Shown piece after piece: positions 26,568 to 38,324 of a stretch of DNA of 64,000 nucleotides (positions are counted from its first letter, which is position 1; every line of letters begins with the position of its first letter). The notes beneath the pieces are model-generated. The model made no database searches. It saw nothing but the letters and a program-made list of their open reading frames with translations, and had not been told where the DNA came from. Both the position numbers and the translations under genes were made by a program. The stretch is from Tubulanus polymorphus. Its lineage: Eukaryota > Animalia > Nemertea. Where the stretch lies: positions 4,774,001-4,838,000 of the forward strand of contig NC_134035.1 in NCBI RefSeq assembly GCF_964204645.1, given 5' to 3'.

Positions 26568-27120
26568 TCTCTCCTCAATGTTATGCTGTAGGCTCAAACA
26601 CTAGATGTTTACTGCTGCGCTGCGTGTGTGTGTCTGTGTGTGTGAGATGCTCTTGAGTTTTCTTTCCACCGTTGACTAATGGCTAATTTGTTTTTCATGA
26701 TTGATCTTTTATCGGGGATTAGCTCCGAGGATCAATACGTCGTTTGTCGTCGTCGTTGTCGCCCCGTGCGACGAGAACGCGTTCGCTCCTAGATATATTA
26801 CTTCAGTTCTGTAGATGACACTCGGTTTATTTAGATTTACGCAATCAAGAAAAAAGAAATGAAATCTTGAATTCCGTTTTTTCAAGTCAGGGAATATCGG
26901 TAGTCTCTTCATCCAGGTTGCGCAGTCATCACTTGAGTGCCAAATCGACTTAGGTTATTTTTTTTGCCATATTAAGTTTTATCATCAAAAATACCAATAC
27001 AAGAATACAGTATATAGGCTAGCAAAGCGTCAATCTGACATTTTATGCTGTGTTGAATATGAATAGTTTAACATCATATTATTATTGGCGCGATATTTTG
27101 AAATATGAAAATACTCTCCA

Positions 27121-27388
27121 GGGACCAGTTGCTCAAAAGTTGTCGAGAGTTAACCAGTGGATAGTTGACATCGTAACAATTAAAAGTTCATTGTTACTAT
27201 GGTATATTTATCCATTGGTTATCATTAAAATTTCATTGTTGCTATGGTATTTATCCATTGGTTATCTTTAACCAACTTTTGAGAAGCTGACCCCCGGGAT
27301 CCAGTTCCACAGTTGTGAGTTAGAGTTAACTCCGAGTTGAAATAAGTTCATTTTCAATGAGTTAACTCACAACTGTGGAACCGGGTCC
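27121..27388. mobile_element. Two adjacent CWG-TSD MITEs (families C and D)
   Basis: GGGACCAGTTGCTCAAAAG...TTTTGAGAAGCTGACCCC (relative at ~55331-55456) abuts GGGATCCAGTTCCACAGTTGTGAGTT...AACTCACAACTGTGGAACCGGGTCC (relatives at ~15187-15274 and ~41569-41653). Confidence 0.65.
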
Positions 27389-28055
27389 AGAGTGCTAGTT
27401 GTGTTAGTTACTGGTAAAGGTGGTTGTTTTTCATCCCCATGTTTCAAGGGACAGGGTAAATATTCATTAAAAATTATCCAAATTTTTTTCGAATGGACTT
27501 GGGTTATTTGATTTGTCTACGGAACCAAAACGGTCTTTAAGCAAAGCCTTGGCTGTGTGACTTACCCTGTGACTTACCCTGAGGGAAGTCTATCGCTTAC
27601 CGGTTATCAAACTGAAAAACAGGCGCATATTCTGAAATTGTTTACTTTCTTTTTCTGCACGTTAGTAGAATTAGCAGGCCGTACACTTAGACAGGGAGCG
27701 AGATTAAAACCCATTGTATACGAATTTATAAGATTAAAACCTTAGGCTAAACAAAAATCATACCTAGTTACTCAGCAGCGGCCGGGTCATTGTTGTAAAA
27801 TATAATAAAATTTGTAGTCAGTTCATTTCTATAGCTGTCGGGTGTGTTGAGGTAAAATTGATCACGATTTTTAAAAAAAAGTAATGTACAGGGTAGATAG
27901 GCGGCCGGCCGGGTCAACTTTCAAGCTCAGCAGAGCGGAGAAACAATATATCAATTTTTTAGCCTTATCTATTTTAGAAATCTATCCATCAGATCAAAAT
28001 TGAAAACGACAAAGGGTTTTGGACCATCGTCAGGTGTGAAGAGAAAATAGAAATA

Positions 28056-28290
28056 CAGTCAAGCCCCGATATACCGCCCACATCGGTGCAGAATGATTTT
28101 GGCGGTATAGAGAGTATGTTGGTATATCGGGGGTGTTTTACTATGTATTTGTATAGAGATGTACATTGAGAAAACATGACAGTAGGCGGGGTGGCAGTTT
28201 ATCGGGGGTGTTTTACTATGTATTTGTATAGAGATGTACATTGAGAAAACCTGGTGGTAGGCGGGGGTTGCGGTATATCGGGGGTTGACT
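28056..28290. mobile_element. Tc1/pogo-like MITE with an internal tandem duplication
   Basis: TA|CAGTCAAGCCCCGATATACCGC...GCGGTATATCGGGGGTTGACT inverted ends. Confidence 0.6.
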
Positions 28291-28383
28291 ACATTAAAAT
28301 ACCGGTATGGAAAACGAGTTGATTTTTAATCATGTTCTCATTCGTGTTTGTTTTTTCGTAGACTGTGATGTTCTGAGAATGTG

Positions 28384-31300
28384 ATGTGGAGTCGAGAAGC
28401 AGCAATTTTACAGCAACTCGTAGATGAACGTAAGTCGATGTACCGTTATCATCGCGTACGCCACGCAGCCGGCGCGCTACGACCACCAGCCGACCGCGAT
28501 CTCAAATACCACGTCCGTTACGAACGAATAGCCGTCGAAAATGACACCCTCAGGTACTATACACGATTTCGTCGAACATTTTAAAGATTTTCTAGGCAGG
28601 GGACGGTTGTGTTGCATAGTCATGGCTTAGACTTAAGACCAACTATTATAGTCCTATAGCCAATTTAACAACTTAAGACTGGTCTTAAGATTAAAGACCA
28701 CTTTTGGACTTAAGTCACGACTGTGCAACTGGCTCCAGGGCTATTTTGACTCAAAAAATGTTTTCTACTGGTCTTAAGTTGTTAGATTGGTTATAGAACT
28801 AAGATGGTCTTAGACTGGTCTTAAGTTGGTAGATCGGCTGTAGAACCAAAATGAGCTTAGACTGGTCTTAAGTTGTTAGATTGGTTATAGAACTAAGATG
28901 GTCTTAGAGGACTTTCCTTAAGTTGGTAGATTGGTTATAGAACTAAGATGGTCTTAGAGGACTTTCCTTAAGTTGGTAGATTGGTTATAGAACTAAGATG
29001 GTCTTAGACTGGTCTTATCTTCAATCTCAGCCTTAACTTTGCAACTGATGCCTGGACGATAAAGCCATTTACGCACCATTCATTTTCACCTGCATCTATG
29101 AGCAATCAACTCTCGACTGTTGAGATGATTGCTCGTAGATTTATTGAAAAATCAAACTTTTCTCCAGCTAGTAATGGTAAATATCATGTACGATCATGTT
29201 CTTTTCTATGAAATTTACGAACATGAATTCGATATTCGTGAGTTGAAGTTCGAAACGTTGAAAATGTATGTCTTTTTTTCTCTGGCAGCTATACGGAAGA
29301 ACAGGGAGGTCGCGTTGGTCTGTACATCGCATCTACGCCGCTTAAACCGAGTAATAATTATTTCGAGGTTGAAATCATCGACGCCGGCGTAAATGGAACG
29401 ATCGGTAAGAAGAAAGCGACGACCTTTTAACCTTATTTTCCCTAAACCAGAAAGGGTTCGATATGTTAGTACTGTCTAGTTCAACTTAACTTGATAGCAT
29501 ATCGTTACCTCAGTCAGTTTTGGTGGTACATACCCGAAGAAAGCACTGGCAGTTAAAAACATTAATTCTTAATCCATTTTTAACTGTATTGAAGGATATC
29601 CGAAAAGTCTTCATGAGAGAAAAATGACTCTATGATTAAAAATAAATGTTTTAGGTCAACTGCCAGTGCTTTCTGATCCGAATAAGGCTTTTATCGGGTA
29701 TGTACCACCGAGACTGACTGAGCTAGGTGATTATACCCGATAAAAGGTGTCCTCTCAAGTCAAGTTGAAATAGACAGTCGGCACAGGTCAATTATGCGCT
29801 AGAAAACCTAACTCAAAAATTTAAAATCGGAACGTCGCAAATTTGCGACCTGTAGACGAATAGGGGGGTAGGAAAAATTGACTTAATCTGCTAAGAGTCC
29901 AATCAATTAACACAATCAAATACGTAAGACATAAATGGGAACTGATTTTACACGCAACATAGGGCTTATGTCTATTATGGGCTTATCCCGGTCGTAATAG
30001 ATCCCAGATTAATCATCGTTTTTACTGGTCGTATCAAGTCCAATTTGAGGAATTTGTTCAAAAGTTTTAGAGAAATGTCCCCAAAAAATCAATGTCATAC
30101 AAAACAATAGACATTGAAATTCGCCACGGTAAACTGGTTACGGGTTCATAGATCTGGAACGCGATGAAATGTTTCTGTTTTATTGTTCGGAGCAACACGT
30201 GAATGATATGATTATGATTGTTGTTTAGGTATCGGATTGGTGCCGGCGATGTATCCGTTAGATCGTCAGCCCGGCTGGGGCGCTGAATCAATCGGTTACC
30301 ACGCCGATGACGGAAGGTAAGCTCCGTAGAAATAGAAATGATGTCAAATATCTTGTGAGGGATGTATTCATTAGATCGATGTAAAAGATTGTGTGAAAAT
30401 ATGTTTGCTTAATTGATTGCGATAAAATCTTGTGAAAAATTCAAGAAAAATGTCCGTTGAAATATTTCCATTCGCTTTTATACCATGGAGCTCAAGAGAT
30501 CTTGGTTTGGTCCAAATTGTGATCAGTAACTGCAGTATTTCATGTATTGAATCTGTATCTCAAATTCTTTTGGATTTAACTCAGATGATGGGTGAAAGCA
30601 AAAACGACTAACTTGTTACAAATTGTTAGATCGAAAATTATGACAGAAATAACAGGGGCCAGTTGCATAGTCATGGCTAAGACTTAAGACTAGTCTAACA
30701 TCAACTTAGGTCTATAGTCAATCTAACAACTTAAGACCAGTCTTAAGATTAAAGATCACTTTTGGACTTAAGTAGTGACTATGCAACTGGCCCCAGGGAC
30801 TAGAAGAAAAGTCTTTTTGATGTTTTGGTGGAATTCTTGGTGGCACATCCGTACTCCAAGTAATCAAAAGAAAACGAACTACTAAATACTAAATGTAGGA
30901 ATGTAGTGTTTAATGTAGGAATGTAGTGTATAATGTAGGAACGTAGTGTGTAATGTAGAAATGTAGTTTATAATGTAGGAACGTAGCGTATAATGTAGGA
31001 AGTTGTTTTTTTTGTGTTTTCTAGATTGTTCAACTGTAATGGTTTTGGTCGACCGTTCGGTTCGAAGGCATACGCCGGTGATCGCATCGGCTGCGGCGTC
31101 GATTTCACAGACGCTTTCGATTCAGAAGACGACAAACAACAACAGCAACAACAACAACAAATGGTCACCGTATTCTTCACGTGTAACGGGAAAAAGGTAA
31201 TCATTCGATAGTTTAGAATAAAGATGAAAAAGTCTGAAAATGTTTTTCTTGAGCTAGTGTAGTTTATTCAACGTTTCGACTAAATACTAATAGTCATCTT

Positions 31301-34300
31301 CAGGAAGTGTAGTTTCTTCAACCTTTGGACTATAGGCCTGTACTAATAGACATCTTCTGGAATACTCAGATACAACAGAAATTGTAAAAACAAAGAGAGT
31401 AATTTAAGTAATCAAGATTGATACAAACTAAGAAATAATATAACATAGATTAACATATAACATTATCTATATTTTTGAACAAATGCTTACCACCATTTAA
31501 ACATTTTGTGCTCTGTGCAATTGTATCCATTGTTGAGCAAATAAACTAAACTGTAAACTGTAGAAACAGTTACTGAAGCAGATCTTTGGGAGCAAACTCA
31601 AACCACTTGCCTACCCTGATTTTATTTTGAAAAAGCTCTTTTTAACCCTTTCAGTGCGTCTACACCGCAGTGCAGTGTATAAATTGGTGATGGATTTTGC
31701 TAGTTCACCGCGCTGCGGTGTATTAATGTAATTAGTTATTAGTTTTTATCTCTATAGATGGTAGCACCTGTCAAACATAGTGAAATATTAGTAACTAACA
31801 ATACACTACGCCGCGATGTAGACACTTTATAGTGCTTTTCCTGTTATTCAACACACTAGGGTGGAATTTTAAAAAGTTTTCACATTTTCTCCAGCACTTT
31901 AGGGTATTAGTCAGCACGGAAAGGGTTAACCCATGTTTAAAAGAACATAACTTAGATCTTAAAAAATTTAGACCTGAAAGCGTAGTTGCTAGTCACGTTT
32001 TCCAAACCTGCCACAATATTATGATTTTGAAAATGGCAAACTTATCTACCCTTGCAGCGATGGGATTAAAAGACACATTTTAGAATCCGCTATTACTAAT
32101 CATTGAAAATTCTGATAACTGTATAAATCTAAACAATGGTTTTTCTTCCCGCAATAAAAATTCTTCTGCAAATCGGTTAAACTTAACACTTGATGCATTC
32201 TTTGATGGTCTGTTCATATTCTACTGTTTGAATTGTAGTCATTCCACTTGTATTCACTATTGTTTGGATTTTAAGTACCCCCTAGTTTGTCGCTTTTCAT
32301 CAGTTAACTTTTAATAAAGCTTATATTCACTATTGTTTTATATGATTACCCCCTAGTTTGCTCCCCCTGCTTCAGCTTATAACTGTTTCTATGTTATTGT
32401 GTCTTAGTTTGTGTCAATCTTGATTACTTTAATTAGTCTCTTTATTCTGAAATTGTATATATGCATATATTTCACAATTTCTGTTTTATCTCAGTATTGA
32501 TGACTATTAGTTTATAGTCGAAACGTTGAAGAAACTACACTAGCTCAAGGATACATTTTCGCACTTATTTATTTTCTCGTCTTTATCGTGGGATTCTCGT
32601 TATATTATCGTCGCAACACGGATATAGTGTTTTATCAATGGTGAGAAGACTGGTCTTAATGATTCCTTAATGAACTTATACTGGTTTTAACTCTTAAGTA
32701 AAGCCTGTACGATCAACCCTTATATAAAAGCAGTCTTAAAATCATAGGTTGGTCTTAAGTTGAGTTGGCTTTAGATATGTTGTAATGCATTTGATTGATA
32801 TTTTTAGGTTGGTCAGGTGCTATGCGGTTTGCCTCAGGATGGATTTTTCCCAGCGATCGGGATGCACTCTGAAGGCGAGGAGGTTCGCTTATTAATGGAC
32901 GCCAATTGGCAAGAGGAAGACGTGATTCTGATGTCTATAGATAACACGGAAGAAGAGTGGTTACGGTTACATGACGTCAGAGTTAACGGACAGGTACGTA
33001 GACATCTTCTGAGTACGGGATGGATATGTTTGTGAAATGTGTTACAGAGGGTTTTACGAATTACGGTCAAAACGTCCTCGCGCCAAAACATCCTCCTGTC
33101 AAAACGTCTTCCAGTCAAAACGTCCTTGTCTGTATTAGGGGCCCATGTCCTCTCCACACTCAACAGCTCAATCAACAGTAGTGGGGAGAGGGCGGCACCT
33201 CACGATAGTCACCTTTAGGAACCTTGATGTTTTAAAAAATCTGAACTTTTTTTTAGATGTATTTAGTCCCCTCCTCCGATAGTATGTAACTAGGATGTTG
33301 TAAATAACGTTTGTCTTACGTTTTAAATACTTTTATTTTCTGTTATTGTAAATATTGATCGACTGCCTCATACACCATCCATACATTAAAGGTCATATAT
33401 TTAGCTTATAACTCAGATTTAAGTGTAGTAATAACTATATGCATTGATGGAATTTATTGTATGATAAAGTTATTCTGGCGTGAGTGAGGACGTTATGACT
33501 GACGAAGGTGAGGACGTTTTGACCGGGTATGTGAGGACGTTTTGACCCTGCACCGGTCTTACCCCCCCCCCCCCGGCCTTGATAACTGATTTATTTGTAT
33601 AGAAATATGAAAGGTGTTACTGAGCGTCTTGTCCCCTTGATTACTGATTCTTTTGAACAGAAATGTGAAAGATGTTACTGAAGATCTTATGCACCTTTTT
33701 AACCGATTAATTTGCCCAAAAGTATGAAAGGTCTTACTGAGGGTCACTGATTACTTAGAACAGAAATATGAAAGTTGTTTCTGAGGGTCTTACTCCTCTT
33801 GATAACTAATTAATTTGAGACTGAAATTTCAATAAGATGTCCCTCCAAACATTTCAACATACAACTGATAACATATCATATTTTGGAGAGGTGGCGATGG
33901 TAGCCGATATATTGTAAAACGATTGAAAAAGAACTGACTTTGAATTTGTACTGTGAAACTCTTGGGGTATTTTTTGATATTCTACATCCAGTTCTCCAGC
34001 ATTTTCAATCAAAAAGCCACCGTGTGTTCGGGTTTAAATGATTTACTCTGTTAATTCTCGTTACAGATGCTGGAATACACCGGCCGCGGTAAAAGCATCG
34101 TAGACGTCGGACTAGCGCAGGCGCGATACCCGCTCAATCCGACGAATCACTATTTCGAAATTGAAATTATCGACCCCGGTGCAAATTGTTATATAGCCAT
34201 AGGTTTAGCAAAACGGGTAAGTTTACGTGAATTTTTAAAGTTAATTACAAATACAAATACATGTACATCATCGGTTTCATAATTGAAATATCTTAAATGT

Positions 34301-37300
34301 GATTAATCAGAGAATTTGTGAAAGTAGTAGATTAAGGCAGGTTTCGATTGGTCTCTACCGGTGATTCCAAAATTCTCTCATGGCGCGTTCGTTTCGACCA
34401 GAATACACTCGACCTATTCCGGAATCTGTAAACCTGATAGAAGCGGTCGAGAGTTTGTAATCGACAATAGCTATTCCTTCACCGGAATGCGTTCAATCGA
34501 AACCTGCCTAAGATACAGTTAACATCGTCTTACTCGGTAGCGTTTATGGGCTGGAAATATTTCACCGAGTTGAGAATTGGAGAAATAGTCGGTTTTTTTC
34601 GGGATAAATTTTAATTAGATTTGAGCACCGACTTAAAAGCGTGGCTTACCAAATTGGCCAGTACCGAATTTTTTAATTCAAATCAAAATTTTGGTCAAAT
34701 TTGAAGGGTTTACCGAGTAAAGACGAGTGCGAACGGATACTTATTGAGCGCGATATTAAGATTTAAAACATTTAATTTTGCTCAGGAAATAACTACGAAA
34801 TTCCTTACCGAGCAACAGATAGATATAGAAATTGATCGCGTAGTTGAAGCTTTGAACGACGGTGAAAACGGCGTAGAACCACTCGGTCGACGCCGGCGGT
34901 AGAGGAATGAACGTGATCAGCACGGTCGGCAAAGTGAAAACGGCGAACGCTACCGAAACGGTGACGAGCATCACGGTCGTGCGTTTGGCGTTCGCCGTTT
35001 TGGTTTTGGCGTCGCCGATGTCTCTACCGGTGACGAGAACGTACGAAATGACGGCGTTAAAAACAATCGTCAACGACACGGGAATGACGAAGTGATAGAA
35101 GACGATTACTCGGAAGTACGTCGTCTGATCGCGCAGCGCGTAGTAACATCCGCCGCGTTCCGGCGAGTATTCCGTAATCACGACCGCCCAGATCGAACCG
35201 ACGACGTTCGGCGCGAACATCGCGACGACGACCGCGCGCGAGAAATGCCGGGTGCAGACGAGCCGCGATTTCAACGGCGACAACACGACGACCAGACGCT
35301 CGAACGAGATCGCGACGATCAGCCACGAGCTGTAGCAGAACGCCAACTCAAACACGAAATCGTAAATCGTACATTGCGCGTACGTCAGCGCGAAACCGCC
35401 GTCGTCGAGTGCGTAGTCGACGAGCGGTAGTCCGGCGACGCAGAGCAGCACGGCGAAATCGGTTATCGATATCGCCGTCAGGTACGTCGCGTACGACAGA
35501 CGACGCAGGCGCTTGCTCGTCGTCATCACCGCGAAACTGGCGACCGAACCGAACGCGCCGAAACTGAACACGATCGACAGCGACATCGCCGAGAATACGC
35601 GCAACGCGCCGGACATGCGCGAGATCGATTTCAACGCGATGGAACTCGCGTACGGCATTCCGATCGATACGTTCATCTTCTGCTTATGTTTTTCTCACTT
35701 CGTATTTCTCGTTCTGTTACCTGTCTTTCTCTCTAAATTGCTTCCATTTCGATAATGACAAATATCTGTATATTTGGATACGGAGTTGGATTGGAATTCC
35801 TGTGCGTGCGGATAATTGGCTTTTCATTCGCGATCATAATGGCTTTGTATCCATTAAGAATTCGCTGGAAAAGTTTTAGGTTTGAACGTTGAGTGCACTG
35901 TCCTCGGGGCATCGATGAAAGCGCGATTCATTGCTCTTAACAGACACTGAAAATACTGCTCAGAATATATTGATTTTTTCATTTGGTGCTTTTAGGATTA
36001 CCCGAGACAGCGACATCCTGGCTGGAATAAAGGTTCTATAGCTTACCACGCAGGTACGTATTTGAGCTTAATATACTAACCGATCACAGAGAGACAATTT
36101 GGCCCCGGACCAGACCCTAGTGTTTTATTAGACAGTGTGTTCACATGTAAATCACTCACTCGTTACTAAACTGCTTTCAAAATGATGCTGTGGCAAGTAA
36201 CATGGTTCCCACAGTACAGGGAAATTGGGAAAAAACATGGGAATTTTGAAATAATATTCCCAGTTTGGAAATATTTGGGAATTTGAGAAATCTTCCTCTA
36301 GTCAGGAAATATTTGGGAAATTCATTACATTTCATGTATTGCATTTTCCAAGGGGAACTTACTTCAGCAATTTCTCATGAAAATCACCTTTATCAACCAG
36401 TTACCATTAAAATGCAGTACGATGGTATCTGTTCATTTTTATGCAGGTCCCATTTACCATTTGGAAAAGTTGAAAAAAGTCACCCTAAAAATACTTGGGA
36501 AAAACTTGTGAATTTTTAAGTGTAACTGTGGGAACAATGACTGGGAGCGATTCACCTCGTTTAGCAAGGTGAATCGCTTCCAGAACCAGTTAACATTGAC
36601 ATGTAGTAATTTGACCGATGTTAGAAAAGCGCTTGGGCGATCGCGGCTGATGATTCAAATCAAAATGACACGATGTTTCAAGACTTCAGAGAATTAGCAG
36701 ATGTTTGCTAAACAGTTAATTAGACAACGAGAAAGTATTTTATTATGAAGCAGATTATAGAGCCAGAGTCTGTAGCTGTTGTCTACAAGAAAATCTAGTT
36801 ATAGCCAATGGTTTTTATGAAAACTATTTGCAGATAATTATTCAATAAGTTGATGATGACATGTGTTTATGAGACTAGTGTATAATTAGCGGATGCTGAC
36901 CAGTTAATTAGACAACACGAAAGTCTTTAAAAAGATTAGTTGACTAAATACAAATACTGGGTATACATGTATATACTTCCTGTACATATAACTATAAATA
37001 TGTAGAGTGAAATACTCATTAAGCATTATATTTGAAGATTATTTCAATAAAACAGTTTCAAATCCAAGCCCTATAATCTACTTGATAATATGCCCTCTAA
37101 TATATATATACCCTATAATACTCACACTAGTGTCTCGCTTAAAACTTTGATTCTATCTCATTTCGTCGCAGATGATGGAAAAATATTCATCGGAAGCGGC
37201 GTCGGCGATCACTTCGGCCCGAAGTGTCATAAAGGTGATATAATGGGCTGCGGTATTTTGTTCCCTCGCGACTATAACTATAACGATCTGGACAGCGATG

Positions 37301-38324
37301 GTTCACCGGATGGCACGCCCGACGACGGAGACGACCCGATCGACGCGTTGTTAGAATTAGAGAACTACGACGACAGCGCATCGGAGGACGAGGAGTGGTG
37401 GGATCAGCCGTACGCCGGCAACGGAACTAAAGTTCAGGTAGTTATGATTTTGTCGGCTAGGTGGCGTTTAATGCTGAGTTGGTGCGGTTTGTGTGAATGC
37501 AATAATTTACTTCAGGAATCAATTTGCGGCCTCATCTGTGGTCCACTAGTGTAGTGTGAATTATGGACAATCAGTTTTTGAAAGTGACTGAAATGATTAA
37601 TGTTTGATGTCTGTAGTTCATTTTCGATTACAAATGTCTCAGGTGAAGTCCTGAACATATGTGAAGTGTGGACGATCAGTTTTTGAAAGCGTGCTGTTAA
37701 GATGTCTGATATCTGGTGTTGGTACATCATTTTCAATCGAAAATATCTCCGGTTAATGAAAGTAAAACTCGTTATTGCAAAATCTAAAATATAGAAAATG
37801 AAATTTATTCATAAAGAGTTGAAATAGAAAATTTAGATGCACAGCATTTCGGACTCTCTGCACAGAGACCATCATCAAATAAAGATAATTTTCAATTTTT
37901 CTGTCTCAGGCATAAATCACTATAGTTAAGCTAAAAAAGATACCTTGTTTTTCCTCATCGGCTGAATCATTTGTAATCTGTTTATTTCTATAGCTGCCCG
38001 GTCTGTTATTCCGCTTGACCATGATTTAAAAAAAAGTAATGTACAGGGTAGTCGATAGGCAGTCAGCTGGGTCAACTTTTAAGCTCGGCAGAAATGAGTA
38101 ACAAAGTATAAATTTTTTAGCCTTGATAAAAATTAACGAAATTTTCTCCGAGTTTCAAATTAATCGAATTCTGTCGTTTTGTTTTACAGGTGTTTTTTAC
38201 GCGCAACGGCAAAACGATCGGACGCCGCGATATTCGCATTCCAAAGGGCGGATTCTACCCGACCGTCGGCATGCTGAGCAACGACGAAAAAGTGAAAGTC
38301 GACTTGCGACCGTTGACCGGATGA
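28384..38324 (+). CDS. SPRYD3: SPRY domain-containing protein 3 (tandem SPRY domains), 9 coding exons
   Basis: Phase-consistent exons: 28384-28553, 29289-29404, 30229-30316, 31025-31196, 32808-32993, 34067-34216, 35996-36053, 37172-37437, 38190-38324. Two SPRY repeats (YFEVEIID..GIGLV..PGW..SIGYHADDG..GDRIGCG; YFEIEIIDPG..HPGWNKGSIAYHADDGKIF..GDIMGCGILFPRDY). The linker EEEWLRLHDVRV.GQMLEYTGRGKSIVDVGLAQAR and the C-terminus FYPTVGMLS..EKVKVDLRPLTG match SPRYD3. Confidence 0.93.
29470..29778. mobile_element. Fold-back MITE with long imperfect TIRs
   Basis: ACTGTCTAGTTCAACTTAACTTG / CAAGTCAAGTTGAAATAGACAGT ends. Internal inverted blocks GGTGGTACATACCCGA and AAAGCACTGGCAGTT. Confidence 0.65.
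30656..30793. mobile_element. CWG-TSD MITE family B (PIF/Harbinger-related), reference copy
   Basis: CAG|GGGCCAGTTGCATAGTCA...TGACTATGCAACTGGCCC|CAG. Other copies at 5642-5884, ~28600-29050 (with internal tandem amplification), ~40757-40940 and ~54918-55040. Confidence 0.75.
31269..31303 (-). ncRNA. Minimal type I hammerhead ribozyme motif (Penelope-associated)
   Basis: The minus strand reads TTC-CTGAAGA-T-GACTA-TTAGTATT-TAGTC-GAAA-CGTT-GAA: CUGANGA and GAAA cores, stem II, a palindromic ACGU stem III and a short stem I. Confidence 0.55.
31646..31925. mobile_element. piggyBac-type MITE (TTAA TSD)
   Basis: TTAA|CCCTTTCAGTGCG...GCACGGAAAGGG|TTAA. Homologous copies at 50996-51278 and, reversed, ~39029-39232. 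Confidence 0.8.
34336..34508. mobile_element. Harbinger-like MITE (TAA TSD)
   Basis: TAA|GGCAGGTTTCGATTG...CAATCGAAACCTGCC|TAA. A second TIR element (CGTCTTACTCGGTA...TACCGAGTAAAGACG) follows at ~34527-34725. Confidence 0.65.
34756..35676 (-). CDS. Intronless class A (rhodopsin-like) 7TM GPCR, peptide-receptor/chemoreceptor-like, nested in a SPRYD3 intron
   Basis: 306-aa ORF with seven hydrophobic segments: TM2 YLTAISITD, TM3 Cys (AQCTIY) and SSWLIVAISFERL (DRY variant), ECL2 Cys (GGCYY), TM5 FVIP, TM6 TTVMLVTVSVAFAVFTLP, TM7 NYAINFYIY (NPxxY variant), helix 8 GKEFR. N-glycosylation site NVS at residue 2. Confidence 0.9.
   Translation of the reverse strand: MNVSIGMPYASSIALKSISRMSGALRVFSAMSLSIVFSFGAFGSVASFAVMTTSKRLRRLSYATYLTAISITDFAVLLCVAGLPLVDYALDDGGFALTYAQCTIYDFVFELAFCYSSWLIVAISFERLVVVLSPLKSRLVCTRHFSRAVVVAMFAPNVVGSIWAVVITEYSPERGGCYYALRDQTTYFRVIVFYHFVIPVSLTIVFNAVISYVLVTGRDIGDAKTKTANAKRTTVMLVTVSVAFAVFTLPTVLITFIPLPPASTEWFYAVFTVVQSFNYAINFYIYLLLGKEFRSYFLSKIKCFKS

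Larger units (their letters stand above)
31243..32640. mobile_element. Penelope-like retroelement remnant with inverted terminal repeats and a hammerhead motif
   Basis: The minus-strand repeat 31243-31450 is the inverted homologue of ~32390-32640. An intact minimal hammerhead core lies on the minus strand at 31269-31303. The span is interrupted by piggyBac-type MITEs. Confidence 0.65.
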
